A stretch of DNA of 32,000 bases from Candidatus Nanopusillus sp. (GTDB lineage Archaea; Nanobdellota; Nanobdellia; Nanobdellales; Nanobdellaceae), in NCBI GenBank assembly GCA_049414405.1, contig JBMSAQ010000006.1, forward strand, positions 6,458 through 38,457. Direction: 5' to 3'. Every line of letters begins with the position of its first letter. Position 1 is the stretch's first letter. Below, one piece after another: positions 15,983 through 24,783 of this stretch. The position numbers and the translations under genes are program-made. The notes beneath the pieces were generated by a model. It ran no database searches. It saw nothing but the letters and a program-made list of their open reading frames with translations, and was not told where the DNA came from.

Positions 15983-16386
15983 AAATTAAACTTTCTTATT
16001 ATTTCTTCAGCTTCTTCTTTAGATAATTTATGGGTATTCCAATTAAATAATTTTTTATATCCATCTTCGTCATATTGTGGTAATATATGTATATGTGCAT
16101 GAAATACAGATTGTCCAGCTTTTTTTCCATTATTTATTATTATATTATAGTCTTCCGATAATTTTTCTTCAAATAATTTTAAGAATTTTGTGAAACTTCT
16201 ATAAAAATTCTTTATATATTCATCATCAATATTTGATATTCTATAAAAATGTTTCTTTGGTATAAATAAGATATGCCCTTTGTTTAATGGATTTATATCT
16301 AGAAATGCTATAGAATAGTCGTCTTCATATAGTATATATGAAGGTATTTGTTTATTTATTATCTTACAAAATACACATTCTTCCAT
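15979..16386 (-). CDS. HIT-family nucleotide hydrolase/transferase
   Basis: 135 aa. It starts CVFCKII, has NKGHILFIPKKH, and carries the histidine triad HAHIHILP. Confidence 0.9.
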   Translation of the reverse strand: MEECVFCKIINKQIPSYILYEDDYSIAFLDINPLNKGHILFIPKKHFYRISNIDDEYIKNFYRSFTKFLKLFEEKLSEDYNIIINNGKKAGQSVFHAHIHILPQYDEDGYKKLFNWNTHKLSKEEAEEIIRKFNF

Positions 16387-16417
16387 AAATATTTGATATA
16401 TAAAAATTTTAAATGTT

Positions 16418-17560
16418 TTATATTTCTTCTAATACCTTTTTGATGTCATCACTATTTGCTACATATTTAAATTTACTAAATACATTTGAAAAAATGACTT
16501 TTTTATCATTAGTATTTAATGATTTTACATATTCTACAATTTCTTTCTTCAATTCTTCTCTATTTCTTTTATATAAGTTATTTTCTCTTATTATATCTTC
16601 AATATCCTTATTATATTTGATATAATAATAATATATTATTGGTACTGCATTTTTTACAATTTTTTTATCTTTTAAATAATCTTTTATCTTATATACAAAA
16701 TTTAAATCAAATTTTTCTATTTTTTCTTTGAATAAATTTTCTGTATCCCCAATCATCTGAAAGAATAAATAATACACAGTAGTTGAATCTATATCGAAAG
16801 ACATTTTTATTATATCATTTATATATTCGCTCCATATTATATTTTCAATTTGTTTTTCATTATATCCAAAAGATTTTAACATTTGTTTAATAAATTCTGG
16901 ATCGATAGAATTTAATATTGTTTTTCCTTCATTTAACAATTTAATATATAGGTCTTTATCAAATTTTTTTAAATAATATATATTGAATGTTTCTTTAATG
17001 TCTCCATAACTTATATTATATCTTATTATATTGTATTCATTATTTTCAATAATGTCTTTATCAATATATAGGTAAGGATGATCAGTTTCAGGATACATTC
17101 TTTCAGAACCTGGTTGCGGTCTTAAAAAAGATGTAGTTCCATCATCGTTTGCTTGTCTGGTATCTTTTGGTATTCCTTTAATTGATTCATTTATTCTATT
17201 TATTATTAAGTTAAAAACCTTTTTGGCTATTTCATAATCTTTTGATATTAATAATATAAACGCATCTTCATCTGAGCAGTTTAATATTTTTTTAACATTT
17301 TTGACTTCTTCTTCGGATATTCCGTAGTTTGGTAATTCATCTGAATGTAATATTCCCTTTAATCCAAATTTTTTTGCAATATCAGAAAATTCAGTTCCTA
17401 TTCTTCTATTTGGTGATATTTCAAATCTAATCATTTCTTTCATTTTATTGAGTTTTATTCCATATACTTTAGCCCCATTGTCTATGTTCAATTTAACTAA
17501 TTTAGATTTTGTTTCTTTAAATATTTCGGTTAAGTCATATATTTTAATCTTAAATATCAT
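16418..17560 (-). CDS. gatE: Glu-tRNA(Gln) amidotransferase subunit E, C-terminal half only (AspRS-like insertion, helical and tail domains)
   Basis: 380 aa. The blocks RRIGTEFSDIAKKFGLKGILHSDELPNYGISEEEV and PKDTRQANDDGTTSFLRPQPGSERMYPETDHP match the middle of GatE. The N-terminal catalytic cradle (about 250 aa in full-length GatE, which is roughly 620 aa from memory) is not encoded upstream; the tfe stop lies 31 nt away. Confidence 0.8.
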   Translation of the reverse strand: MIFKIKIYDLTEIFKETKSKLVKLNIDNGAKVYGIKLNKMKEMIRFEISPNRRIGTEFSDIAKKFGLKGILHSDELPNYGISEEEVKNVKKILNCSDEDAFILLISKDYEIAKKVFNLIINRINESIKGIPKDTRQANDDGTTSFLRPQPGSERMYPETDHPYLYIDKDIIENNEYNIIRYNISYGDIKETFNIYYLKKFDKDLYIKLLNEGKTILNSIDPEFIKQMLKSFGYNEKQIENIIWSEYINDIIKMSFDIDSTTVYYLFFQMIGDTENLFKEKIEKFDLNFVYKIKDYLKDKKIVKNAVPIIYYYYIKYNKDIEDIIRENNLYKRNREELKKEIVEYVKSLNTNDKKVIFSNVFSKFKYVANSDDIKKVLEEI

Positions 17561-17591
17561 TAAATATAAATTTAAATAAAAAAATAAAAGA

Positions 17592-18131
17592 TTATTTTTT
17601 ACCCTTTGTTTTTGATGCTTTTTCTTTCTTTGTAACTTTTGAAGAATATTTATCTAGTAATATTTGTAGGTTATGTATGATATTTTCCAATTCTATTATT
17701 CTGAAATTTTCTTTTTCAGTCAATAATGATCCGCATTCTCTACATATAAAATCATTTTCATAAGCATCATCGAAATTATATATACTTCCACACTCATTAC
17801 AATAGTATATTGTTTTTGGAGTATTTTTAATTTCTTCATTAATTCTATTAATTTCTTTGTTAATCAGCAAGCTAAATAATTTTTCTTTATTCCTCATCTT
17901 ATTCCCCCATCTGAAATCAAATTTTCCATTATTATTTATTATGCTTATTGGATATACTATATTATTTTCTTCTAATATGTATAATAGTTTTCTAATTTCT
18001 TCTTCCTTTATCTTTAATTGTCTCTTTATTTCTTTTTCTGTAAATTCTTCTTTATCTGCCATGTATTCTAATATTTTTAAATAGTTTTCGTTGAGCAAGT
18101 AGCTCATAATACCTATAAGGTTTTTTGACAT
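17592..18131 (-). CDS. tfe: Transcription factor E (TFE alpha)
   Basis: 179 aa. The N-terminal winged-helix region (LKILEYMADKEEFTEKEIKRQLKIKEEEIRKLLYILEENNIV) is followed by a zinc ribbon, CNEC...CREC. Confidence 0.75.
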   Translation of the reverse strand: MSKNLIGIMSYLLNENYLKILEYMADKEEFTEKEIKRQLKIKEEEIRKLLYILEENNIVYPISIINNNGKFDFRWGNKMRNKEKLFSLLINKEINRINEEIKNTPKTIYYCNECGSIYNFDDAYENDFICRECGSLLTEKENFRIIELENIIHNLQILLDKYSSKVTKKEKASKTKGKK

Positions 18132-18144
18132 TTATAAACATTAT

Positions 18145-18165
18145 TGATTAACATTGTGTTAATCA
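18145..18165. promoter_or_regulatory. Perfect inverted repeat TGATTAACA-ttg-TGTTAATCA between a TATA-like box and the tfe start codon (candidate operator)
   Basis: Read directly: 9-bp arms and a 3-nt spacer. It lies 14-34 nt upstream of the tfe ATG (18131) and immediately downstream of the minus-strand TATTAAATA (about 18174-18166). Four more GTTAA motifs follow upstream, up to 18249. Confidence 0.5.
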
Positions 18166-18243
18166 TATTTAATATAACGTTAATGAATATCCTTCTTAAA
18201 ATTTATAAATATTAATGCAATGTTAAATAGTGTTAACGATGCG

Positions 18244-18969
18244 TTAATATATGAACTTAGCAAAATTAGTTTGTATGATATTTGATAATTCTTCCAAATC
18301 TATTTTTTGCATATTTGAAATTAATCTATAAAGGTCTTTTAACAAGTCTGGGTGGAGTATAATACCTTTATAATTGTATGGTCCATCAGATTCTGTTATT
18401 ATATTTTTTATATTCGCAATTTCTATATATCTTTTATACTTCTCATTTATTATTGTTGCGACATTTATACCTATAAAATATCCTTTATCAATTATTTCTT
18501 CCAATAATTTTTCATCCCCACTATACCAATGAAAATACGCCTTTTTAATATCATACTTTATTAAAAGATCAAATACCTCATTTGAAGCATTGGGAGTGTG
18601 AAGATTTAAATTTAATTCATATTCTTTTGCTAAATTTAAAAATTTTTCAAAAATTTCTTTCTGTTTTTCAAATGTTTCTGGTTTAAATTTTTTATCTAAT
18701 CCAATTTCTCCAAGTATTTTTATTTTATTTTCTTTTATTATGTCTTCTATTATTTTAAATGTTTTTTCATTTATATTTTCTACATTCCAAGGATGAATTC
18801 CTACGGCTGGTATTACATTTTCATTTAATTGAGATAAAAACAAATTTTTTAATGAAGATTCTAAATCTTCAGAGACAGACAGTATTATTATATCTCTATT
18901 TTTTATTATTCTTTTAATTTCTGTTTCATTAAATTTATATAGGTGACAATGAGAGTCAATATATTTCAT
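18244..18969 (-). CDS. TatD-family metal-dependent hydrolase
   Basis: 241 aa. Motifs seen: IDSHCHL start, GIHPW, ILGEIGLDK, NLHTP, HWYSG and ESDGP, the full TatD motif series. Confidence 0.85.
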   Translation of the reverse strand: MKYIDSHCHLYKFNETEIKRIIKNRDIIILSVSEDLESSLKNLFLSQLNENVIPAVGIHPWNVENINEKTFKIIEDIIKENKIKILGEIGLDKKFKPETFEKQKEIFEKFLNLAKEYELNLNLHTPNASNEVFDLLIKYDIKKAYFHWYSGDEKLLEEIIDKGYFIGINVATIINEKYKRYIEIANIKNIITESDGPYNYKGIILHPDLLKDLYRLISNMQKIDLEELSNIIQTNFAKFIY

Positions 18970-19361
18970 GTTATATTCAACTGCTTATTTTGGTAATATA
19001 TATTAATTATTGAACAATTATCATCTAATACTATATAATTACTATTATTGCATAAATTCAAATTACTGTCTGATACTTCACACCCCCAATTATGTGAATT
19101 TGGATAAGAAATCCAATATTGATATAATATAGAATTTTTTGATACTAAACATGTATTACTTAAATTATCTATAGATAAATTATGCTTTGCATATATACAT
19201 AGAGCCTGACAGTATTGGGCAATTTGAGATATTTGATATAGTTCATTCTGATTTAAGTTTATGTTATTATTTATCGGATATAATATTGGAGCAATTATAA
19301 ATCCTGATGCTAACAATGCCAATAGTATGGATCCTAATATAACGTTCTTCCTTCTTTCCAT
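18966..19361 (-). CDS. Hypothetical N-terminally anchored, Cys-rich (8 Cys) N-rich protein, probably extracellular
   Basis: 131 aa. It starts MERRKNVILGSILLALLASGFIIAPIL (signal/anchor), followed by a domain with 8 Cys. Its stop overlaps the TatD start (ATGA). Confidence 0.5.
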   Translation of the reverse strand: MERRKNVILGSILLALLASGFIIAPILYPINNNINLNQNELYQISQIAQYCQALCIYAKHNLSIDNLSNTCLVSKNSILYQYWISYPNSHNWGCEVSDSNLNLCNNSNYIVLDDNCSIINIYYQNKQLNIT

Positions 19362-19392
19362 TAATAAAATTTATTAAAAAGGATTAAAAAAT

Positions 19393-20121
19393 TTAGGGTT
19401 TTCTAATAGAGTCTCTTAAAGACTTCAGTTCTTCTACAGTTTCTCTTAATTCTTTTGTAGATTCTGATATAGCAGGTATCATCGTTCTTATTAATCTGTG
19501 CAATGCTTGTATTTCCGTTGTTGTTTCTCTCATTCCTTTATCATATTCTTCCAATTTTCTAATTGCTAAATTATTTATTTCGGTTATTTTATTATCCAAT
19601 TTATCAATTTGGTCTTGCATTCTATTAATAAGATATTCTACCTTTTCTTTCCATACTTTTATTTGTGATAATTCGTCGTTTATTTCATTTAATTTATCCT
19701 TTAATATTTCACTTATTGTGCTATTTATATATTGTTCAAGCCTTTCATCTATAGCAAAACTTCCTTGTCCGAAATCTGGTTGATTTTGGATCTGCATTTG
19801 TTGTGGTGGAAATTGATTTAGATTTGGGGTTGGATTTGGCTGTGGAGGTAGATTCCACGATTGACTAAATTGATTAAATTGATTTGAAAAACTTTGCTGT
19901 GGCGACATTTGTTGATATGTTTGGCCATATGTTTGTCCAAAAGAATAATTTTGATAATTGTTTGTCATAGGATTAATATTACTACTCTGCTGAAATTGAT
20001 TGAAAGGTCCGCTATTTTGCGGCATTGGATTATTAAAGTCTTGAAATAGATTATCTAAATTCTGTTGGTCATTCTGGTCCTTGTTACTCTTTTTGTTAAG
20101 TACCCCAAGTAAGCTTCTCAT
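19393..20121 (-). CDS. Hypothetical protein: Q/N/P-rich prion-like low-complexity N-terminal half plus a long C-terminal coiled coil
   Basis: 242 aa. By my count aa 11-122 contain 26 Q, 20 N and 13 P out of 112 residues. From about aa 125 onward the sequence has a heptad-like charged helical pattern (LEQYINSTISEILKDKLNEINDELSQIKVWKEKVEYLINRMQDQIDKLDNKITEINNL...). Confidence 0.6.
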   Translation of the reverse strand: MRSLLGVLNKKSNKDQNDQQNLDNLFQDFNNPMPQNSGPFNQFQQSSNINPMTNNYQNYSFGQTYGQTYQQMSPQQSFSNQFNQFSQSWNLPPQPNPTPNLNQFPPQQMQIQNQPDFGQGSFAIDERLEQYINSTISEILKDKLNEINDELSQIKVWKEKVEYLINRMQDQIDKLDNKITEINNLAIRKLEEYDKGMRETTTEIQALHRLIRTMIPAISESTKELRETVEELKSLRDSIRKP

Positions 20122-20153
20122 AATTCTTAATAAAGATATTGAATATTATAAAT

Positions 20154-20516
20154 TTAACTTTTCTGATTGTATAAATTACCCAAGTATTCTATAATCTTTT
20201 CTTTTACTAGTTTATCTAATTCTTTTTTAGTAACGAAATCAAATGGATTTATATAATCTAGAATAGAATTTATAATTTTTAATTGATCTATAGTTGCAAA
20301 ATTTGATAATTCATCAGTTATTGCTTTTATTTTTATTTCTAAATCATTTATTTCTTGCTTTATATCTTTTATTTCCTTTTTAATATTTTCTATCTCTAAT
20401 TTAAAATCCTCTAAAGAGCTTCTGGTAGTTACGTCTATGGTCTGCAATATATTATTAAACATTGAAATTTTTTCTTCTAAATATTTTAATCTTCTAAGTG
20501 TCTCTGGATCAATCAT
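20154..20516 (-). CDS. Hypothetical small coiled-coil protein
   Basis: 120 aa. The heptad-rich sequence is LEDFKLEIENIKKEIKDIKQEINDLEIKIKAITDEL. It is the first gene of the minus-strand operon that diverges from the ATPase gene. Confidence 0.55.
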   Translation of the reverse strand: MIDPETLRRLKYLEEKISMFNNILQTIDVTTRSSLEDFKLEIENIKKEIKDIKQEINDLEIKIKAITDELSNFATIDQLKIINSILDYINPFDFVTKKELDKLVKEKIIEYLGNLYNQKS

Positions 20517-20554
20517 AGTAAAACTATTATATTTTAATACATATTAATCTTTAT
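20517..20554. promoter_or_regulatory. 38-bp divergent promoter region shared by the coiled-coil operon (minus) and the ATPase/platform operon (plus)
   Basis: The plus-strand TTATATTT (20527-20534) lies 28 nt before the ATG at 20555. The minus-strand AGATTAATAT (20550-20541) puts its TTAATAT about 31 nt before the ATG at 20516. Confidence 0.4.
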
Positions 20555-22798
20555 ATGTTAAATAATTTGCAGTATGAAATTAGAATGAATGGGAAAGAAA
20601 GATTATTATATGTAAATGCTAAAAATTATAATAGTATTGCAACGATTGAAGATGATCCAAATATAATGGAATATATATTAAATATATTGTCTATAGATCC
20701 GTTTGTAAATACAATAATAATTGAACAAGATGAGAATATAGAGTATTATGAAGATAGTATAAAAGTATTGAATAGTTTTCTCGATGTATATCTTTCTATT
20801 AAAAGTAATATATCAGAATATTATAGGTATTTATTAACCAGTAATCCATTATATTCAGAAATAAGAACCGTAATAGATTATTTGGATAGGGGTTATTTAA
20901 AAGATCCAATTGGTACATATGTATTTATAAGAAGAATGAAGAGGAAATTGATGTCATTATTAAAAAATAGTAAGAATTTAGAAAACCAAATATCAAATTT
21001 AGTATCATTAATAGATAACTTTTTAATAAAATTTGAATCATTACCTTTCTATAAGTATATTAAACCATTTTTGATTGGATACCAAATTGGAAATAGAGAA
21101 ATATACAGAAGACTATTGTTGGGTGATATAAAACCAAAATTTATAGATACAAAATATATAAATAAAATCTCAGAAAGTTATAATATCGTAGATTCTTATA
21201 GATTGGATAAAAATACGGAAGTTTTTATATTAAAAAACCCTGAAGAAACAGTTTTTAGATATTACATATTTCCAGAAGAATATAAAATATTCTCTGAAGA
21301 AACATTTTTATCCCACAAAGCAATAGAAATTTTACAGGAATATGAACCTAGAAAGGAAGATTATTTGGATGTAGAAAGATTAAGAGAAATATATAATAAT
21401 GTATTAAATAATATAATAACGAAATTAATGTCTATATATAACATAAGTATAGATAAAAATAGATTAGAATTGATTAAGAGTATAATTATTAGATACACAA
21501 TTGGTTTTGGAATAATAGAAAAAATAGTATTAGATGAAAATTTAGAAGATCTTTTTATAAATCCACCAGCAGGCATAACCCCAATATATTTACAGCATTC
21601 TAAATATGAAATGTGTGTTACAAATGTAACTCCAACTAGAAGAGAAGTAGAATCGTGGGCTACAAAATTGAGATTAATATCTGGAAGACCTTTTGATGAA
21701 GCAAATCCGGTTTTGGATACAGATCTAGTAATTGGAAATAACATATTACTAAGAGTTGCAGCATTATCACTCCCATTATCTCCATTTGGATTGGCGTATA
21801 TAATTAGAAGACATAGAAGTAAACCATGGACTTTACCTTTGTTTATAGATAATAAAATGTTAAATTATCAAGCTGCAGGTTTATTATCCTTTTTAGTTGC
21901 AAATGGAAGGACTATTCTTATTGCTGGCACAAGGGGGAGTGGTAAAACATCATTATTAACAGCCTTAATGTTGGAAATACCTAAGAAAGTTAGGATAATA
22001 ACTGTAGAGGATACTTTAGAAATACCAGCAGAATATTTCAGGTCAATAGGGTATAACATAGTTCCTATGAAAGTCAGGAGCCCATTTTCACTAAAATCTG
22101 CCGAATTATCCGCTGAAGAAGGTTTAAGAGTATCTTTAAGAATGGGGGATAGTGCCATAATTGTTGGAGAAGTTAGATCTAAAGAAGCTTTAACTTTATA
22201 TGAAGCTATGAGAGTTGGTGCTTTAGCAAATGCAGTAATGGGTACTTTACATGCAGAAAGTCCATATGGTGTATTTGATAGGGTTGTAAATGATCTTGGA
22301 GTTCCTAAAACATCGTTCAAAGCTACAGATATAATAGTAATTGTAAATCCAATTAGAGAACCTTCTGGATTAAAAAGATATAGGAGAATATTAAGGATAA
22401 CAGAAGTAAGAAAGTTTTGGGATCAAGATCCATTAAAAGAAAGAGGGTTTGCTGATTTAATGATTTATGATGCTGAAAAGGATAATTTAGAGCCAACTTT
22501 AGAATTAATAAATGGAGATTCTGATATATTGAAGGCTGTTGCATCTAGGATAAGATATTTGTCAAAATCTTGGGAAAGAGTATGGAATATGGTAGAGACA
22601 ATAGGTCTGTCAAAAAAATTATTAGTAGATATAGCAAGAGAAAAAAATAAGAAAGATATTTTGGAAGCAGATTTTGTTTCTGCATATAATGAAATATTTT
22701 ATCAATATGTAGATAAAAGTATTAAGGAATACAATGAAATTGTGAAAGATTATATATTAGATAATATGAAGAAATGGATATACAAGAAGTTAAGTTAA
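20555..22798 (+). CDS. Type II/IV secretion-family ATPase (FlaI/ArlI/VirB11/GspE-like) with a long N-terminal extension
   Basis: 747 aa. Motifs seen: Walker A AGTRGSGKTS, TVEDTLEI, Walker B/Asp box GDSAIIVGEVRSKEA, and His box MGTLHAES. About 330 aa precede the conserved core, which is longer than in typical FlaI (about 540 aa total, from memory). Confidence 0.85.
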   Translation: MLNNLQYEIRMNGKERLLYVNAKNYNSIATIEDDPNIMEYILNILSIDPFVNTIIIEQDENIEYYEDSIKVLNSFLDVYLSIKSNISEYYRYLLTSNPLYSEIRTVIDYLDRGYLKDPIGTYVFIRRMKRKLMSLLKNSKNLENQISNLVSLIDNFLIKFESLPFYKYIKPFLIGYQIGNREIYRRLLLGDIKPKFIDTKYINKISESYNIVDSYRLDKNTEVFILKNPEETVFRYYIFPEEYKIFSEETFLSHKAIEILQEYEPRKEDYLDVERLREIYNNVLNNIITKLMSIYNISIDKNRLELIKSIIIRYTIGFGIIEKIVLDENLEDLFINPPAGITPIYLQHSKYEMCVTNVTPTRREVESWATKLRLISGRPFDEANPVLDTDLVIGNNILLRVAALSLPLSPFGLAYIIRRHRSKPWTLPLFIDNKMLNYQAAGLLSFLVANGRTILIAGTRGSGKTSLLTALMLEIPKKVRIITVEDTLEIPAEYFRSIGYNIVPMKVRSPFSLKSAELSAEEGLRVSLRMGDSAIIVGEVRSKEALTLYEAMRVGALANAVMGTLHAESPYGVFDRVVNDLGVPKTSFKATDIIVIVNPIREPSGLKRYRRILRITEVRKFWDQDPLKERGFADLMIYDAEKDNLEPTLELINGDSDILKAVASRIRYLSKSWERVWNMVETIGLSKKLLVDIAREKNKKDILEADFVSAYNEIFYQYVDKSIKEYNEIVKDYILDNMKKWIYKKLS

Positions 22799-24783
22799 AT
22801 AAATTAGATATTCAAAATTTAGAAAGTAAATTAAGATTATATAAATATATATATTTTGGCAATAAATTAAAATATTATGAGGAAATTGTTAAAACGTTTG
22901 GAAATATAATAAAGATCAGAGTAAATGAAAATAAAAGAAAAAATTTTGAAAAAATAAATGAAGAACTTCTTCTAGATGTAAATATTGATCAGATAGAATC
23001 ATCAGCAATATTCCTTCTAATACTGTTCATTTTTATAGGGATAATTCCATCAATTATAATATCTCCTTTATATTTCTTATTATTTGCTTCTTTTGGTGTG
23101 TTATTTTACATATTGATAGATTATTATTATATTATTTTGTATAATAATCTAAATATAAAGAAAAAATCCCAATTAATAAGTTTATTATTATTATTAGCTA
23201 TTAAATTAAGACAAAATCCAAATGTAGAACAAGCCATATTATTTGCTGCAAAAAATATTAACTTACCATTGAAATTAGATTTATTAAGATTGTTAAGAGA
23301 TGTTTATAATAGAAAATATATTTCAGCATCAGAAGCTTTAATAGAATATTCAAGATCTTGGGAAAAAAATGCAAAATTCTTCTATATTGGCGTTATGCTC
23401 ATTTTAAGTGCTTTATATGATCCAGATAAAGATAGGAGAAATTTTCAAATAGATAAATCTATAGAAGAAGCTTTAGATGAATTAGTAAATGAACTATATG
23501 AATTTTCTAGAGAAATACGATCTACAATAAATCTAGTATCTATGTTGGGTATAACTTTACCTGTTATGTTATTAACGATATTTCCTCTTGCATCAATATT
23601 CTTAGGAAATATATTTAGTCCTTTTATTTTATTTATATTATTTGATATTTTAATACCATTTATAGCATTTTTTTCAATTAACTATGCAATTTCTTCAAAA
23701 ATGATTAGTATTTTTTCAGAGGACGATATATATTTGTTCTATTATTTAAAAAGAAAAGATTTAACTAATAAATTAATATCGATAGCAAGCGGATTTTCAG
23801 TAGGTATACTACTATTTTTTATAATCTTTTTTGTAATATATCAATATTTATATAAATTTGATGTTTTGGGAGTATTATTATCTGAATTTTTTGTACTTTT
23901 AATGGGTTTATCAATTTCATTGATTGCTTTTACATATTATTCCCATTATAAAGATTTATATAAAAGTTTAGAAAGAATAGAAATGGATTTACCACCATTT
24001 TTATTATCCCTAAGTTCGGCATTAAATGAGGGCTATCCGCTTGAAAAGGCGATGATACATGTTTATTCTAAATATAAAGGCGGCCCAATAGGAGATTTTA
24101 TATCAAAAATATACCAAAATTTAAGGATGGGCTTATCATTTTATGATTCAATATTCGATGTTAGATATGGAGCCTTATCTAAAATTCCATCATCAAAATT
24201 AAGATCTACAATGGAATTGTTATATGAAGCTAGTAGTCAGTCTCCTACGGAAGCTTCTTCTATAACAGGGATAATTGCAAAATATTTCTTATTAATATCA
24301 AAGGTAAAGGAGAGAATTAAAGACCTTGTAGCAGAAGATCTATCTCAATTAAAATCATTATTGAGAATTTTAGCTCCAGTTATTTTAGGAATAGTAAGTG
24401 CTGTTGGTGTAATGGTTATAGAAATTTTACATAAATTATCTTTTCAATTTAATCAAATATCAAATTTAACATCACTCGATTCTAATGTTTCTCAATATAT
24501 AAATTCATTGCCAAATATTATATTTAATATATTTAACTTAAATTCGCTTATAACCCCGTCTTCAATGATAATAATAATTGGAATATTTAATGCAGCAATT
24601 GCTTTTGTAATTATATACGCAATTAATAGTATAGAAAATAGTGGTGATAAATTAGGATTTTACTACTATTTATATAAATATTATATAATAAATATATTAA
24701 TGTTCTTTATATTTTCTACAATATCTACAATAGCATTATATATGTTTGTACATGGAATATTAAATATCGATTATCTTATCTAA
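22774..24783 (+). CDS. Polytopic membrane platform protein, FlaJ/TadC (T2SS-F-like) family
   Basis: 669 aa. Cytoplasmic helical domains alternate with TM clusters. They include SQLISLLLLLAIKLRQNPNVEQAILFAAKNINLPLKLDLLRLLRD and LPPFLLSLSSALNEGYPLEKAMIHV...MGLSFYDSI. The start overlaps the ATPase gene by 25 nt. Confidence 0.6.
   Translation: MDIQEVKLNKLDIQNLESKLRLYKYIYFGNKLKYYEEIVKTFGNIIKIRVNENKRKNFEKINEELLLDVNIDQIESSAIFLLILFIFIGIIPSIIISPLYFLLFASFGVLFYILIDYYYIILYNNLNIKKKSQLISLLLLLAIKLRQNPNVEQAILFAAKNINLPLKLDLLRLLRDVYNRKYISASEALIEYSRSWEKNAKFFYIGVMLILSALYDPDKDRRNFQIDKSIEEALDELVNELYEFSREIRSTINLVSMLGITLPVMLLTIFPLASIFLGNIFSPFILFILFDILIPFIAFFSINYAISSKMISIFSEDDIYLFYYLKRKDLTNKLISIASGFSVGILLFFIIFFVIYQYLYKFDVLGVLLSEFFVLLMGLSISLIAFTYYSHYKDLYKSLERIEMDLPPFLLSLSSALNEGYPLEKAMIHVYSKYKGGPIGDFISKIYQNLRMGLSFYDSIFDVRYGALSKIPSSKLRSTMELLYEASSQSPTEASSITGIIAKYFLLISKVKERIKDLVAEDLSQLKSLLRILAPVILGIVSAVGVMVIEILHKLSFQFNQISNLTSLDSNVSQYINSLPNIIFNIFNLNSLITPSSMIIIIGIFNAAIAFVIIYAINSIENSGDKLGFYYYLYKYYIINILMFFIFSTISTIALYMFVHGILNIDYLI

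Noticed and set aside
2283-19361. Small N-terminally anchored proteins (2283..2696, 18966..19361, 27110..27367) as candidate type IV pilins or archaellins for the ATPase/platform pair.
   Set aside because: None shows the class III signal-peptide pattern: a basic stretch, then [KR]-[GA] and a cleavage site directly before the hydrophobic helix. They look like ordinary signal or anchor helices.
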